The position numbers were made by a program, and so were the translations under genes. A stretch of DNA of 48,026 nt, filler included, from Catajapyx aquilonaris (lineage: Eukaryota), in assembly GCA_000934665.2 (NCBI GenBank). It is 2 parts of 2 records of this genome, joined end to end, with 100 filler letters (N's around TTAATTAATTAA, not from the genome) between each part and the next. Parts side by side here need not be neighbours in the genome. Positions count along the whole stretch, not along the records: positions 24,098 to 48,026 come from JYFJ02005598.1; 1 more part is not named here. One strand, 5' to 3'. The notes beneath the pieces are model-generated. The model was given only the letters and a program-made list of their open reading frames with translations, was not told the origin of the DNA and ran no database searches. How positions within the stretch are numbered: position 1 is the stretch's first letter; the number at the start of each line of letters is the position of its first letter. Below are positions 46,201-48,026 of this stretch, one piece after another.

Positions 46201-46861
46201 ATTAGCAAAACAATTGCAGCAGTCAACAGGGGCTTTTAGCGGTCGCGTTTTCGGATAGATATGACTAATCAGCCGTGTTATCTAACGGCCTTGCTCCAAC
46301 GCCTCTCCTGCAGGTAGGAATTATGATATCGCCAGCCCCCATGCATTTATCACCGACGTGCTAATTGGGCTCGTAAAGCATCCAGTATCGGTATAAATGA
46401 AGTACAGGCTTGTAAATAAGGCAATGGACGGTGAAAGTGTAGTGTCCACGGGTGGCCAATTTGGGCACCTCTGGCTGTCAATCCTCCGAGACAATGCGAA
46501 ACATCGTCCATGGACTACTTTGAGACCCGGTTGCGTGAGACTTGCCATTCGATCCGTCTCAGGTGTTTGCGTGCATCTTAAAAAGCTGGTCCCTAATCAT
46601 TTACGCAGAGTTCTAAGATTCCAAGAAATTAGAGCCCCGCTGGGGGAATTTTCATCCGAGAACACGAAAGGTTTTTCTCTAGGATTAATTACAGGGCTGG
46701 TACCAGATTTAAAGGCTTCGGGCGACATCCCAAGGATTCTATGGGGGTGTTTTGTATACTCACATTGGACTGCAAAGGCACCTAACTCTGCCGCTAGGTC
46801 AAAGGTGACTGGGAGACGACCCTGCAGAATGTCCTGTTTGACTTGCAGAAAGAATTGGTAC
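40297..46861 (-). CDS. EPB41L4A: Band 4.1-like FERM protein (EPB41L4A/NBL4-like), 5' end outside window
   Basis: Exons (-): 46764-46861, 45254-45374, 44565-44652, 43952-44040, 43828-43891, 43387-43541, 43213-43334, 42764-43157, 42083-42709, 41777-42025, 41340-41585, 40636-41284, 40297-40410; all phases fit. Motifs [75 protein letters not shown]...[18 protein letters not shown]; ends STEL*. Confidence 0.9.
40938..41078 (-). repeat. Coding 21-bp tandem repeat (HHxSSPA units) in a FERM gene exon
   Basis: GGTGGTGAGCAGGTGAGGAAT-type units, about 6-7 copies. Confidence 0.85.
44806..45239. mobile_element. Rearranged foldback MITE containing a perfect 71-bp palindrome
   Basis: TTTCAGGAGTAAGA...TCTTACTCCTGAAA ends; repeated GCTCAAAATAGCCTC motifs in both orientations; 45115-45149 and 45151-45185 are perfect inverted arms. 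Confidence 0.7.
45870..46135. repeat. 31-bp minisatellite AGCGACGCTATGGAAGGACCAGTCTCCTAC(T/C), ~7-8 copies
   Basis: Direct reading: units at ~45870, 45901, 45932, 45963, with more degenerate copies to ~46135. Confidence 0.9.
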
Positions 46862-48026
46862 CTGTAAAAAGAGATGGTGATGAGAACGGTATCCCATAAG
46901 GAGTACGTCAATGCCAGGATCGGTTCATTATTTCTGGGAGTGATTTATGATGTCTGGGCAGGATTGGACAGGTGGGGTTATGGGAAGCTAAATGAATCAA
47001 AATAGTGGACAGGTAGGGTACAAAACAAGGGTTTCATGGGTATAGTACAGTACTGGTGCTGTAGGCACCAGAACAACACCATATGGTTTTCTGATATACT
47101 AATTACAGTTGAATACAGAAATATTTGAAATATCCCATAAACTGTGTCCAACATAGTTGGAAGCTTATGGGCCTTTTTTATATATTCAACTGTAATATAT
47201 TAGTAGGCCTATATATCAGAAAACTGACTACAGTACAGAATAACTCCAAATGTGCGTGAAAGTTAGTACATATCTATGTATGCTTGTCCGGGCTACCTAA
47301 CCCACTTTCACACCTCTGAGAGTGCTGAGATTTGGCACACCATTGTCTTATGTGCCACTGATTCAGAAGAAGTCCTAAAACTGCACTTTTTGAGTTGAAA
47401 TATCCAAAATTTATGATTCTTTGTTACCTTTTTTAATGAAGTTTGGTCTTTCATCTGCTAGTTTTGACATAAATATTTTTTATCCTCTGAATGTACAGTA
47501 TGTGGGTGTCCATTCTAAAGGGTCTAACTTACAGTACAAAAACAATAGCATTTAGCCCCCCCCCCCTCCCCTTTGCACATTCGTCCCTTCAGGGTTGGAA
47601 TTACTGGCAAGGTGAACGGCCATGATGAGACCCCGGATTCATTTCGGCAGAGACTTTCCGTGGGCCTGAGGGTACTGTGGAAAAGGGCGCTGGCCTCTTC
47701 CATTCTCCCAAACTGTAGGTTGAAATCCAGTGGTTGGATTGTGAAGAAGACGAACAACTGGAAGGACCCCTATAAACTCTGTTTCGCCAACAACAACAAC
47801 AACAACAACAAATGGTGTGGGCGTCTCCTTATTTTAACGAGTTGGATGTTGCCCACTATATTGCTTCAGACGGATTGTAAAATTGTCTTAAGGTAGTAGA
47901 GATGTCAGGTAAAATACAGTGTCTGGAATTTTTTAAAATTGCGATTAATGAATAGCTAGCGACCTCTTGACCGCCTCTGGGTATTAAAGATCTTGCCCCC
48001 CCTGAAGGGTCAATATTAAAGGCAGG

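Overview
Eukaryotic, probably hexapod/arthropod, genomic DNA. It consists of two contigs (1-23997 and 24098-48026) joined by an artificial 100-nt spacer (44 N + TTAATTAATTAA + 44 N), so the halves should not be assumed to be neighbours. The left half holds an uncharacterised 3-exon, two-transmembrane gene (with a possible alternative last exon) and an intronless GT10 alpha-1,3-fucosyltransferase, set among tRNA-derived SINEs, mariner remnants, Tigger/hAT/Kolobok/Harbinger MITEs and Helitron/Helentron-like pieces. The right half is a very compact four-gene cluster: a ZNF532/592/687-family zinc-finger gene (-), a divergent cystathionine gamma-lyase (+), CFAP161 (+) and the 3' part of an EPB41L4A-like FERM gene (-). 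Many of its introns are only 50-60 nt. The most notable signals are the CTH-like enzyme with a remodelled distal substrate pocket, the extreme gene packing (173 bp between divergent ATGs; 122 bp from the CTH stop to the CFAP161 ATG, containing an RFX-like box), and several datable nested TE insertions. All gene models were spliced by hand and all family assignments are from recalled motifs, not database searches. No CRISPR or prokaryotic system is present.
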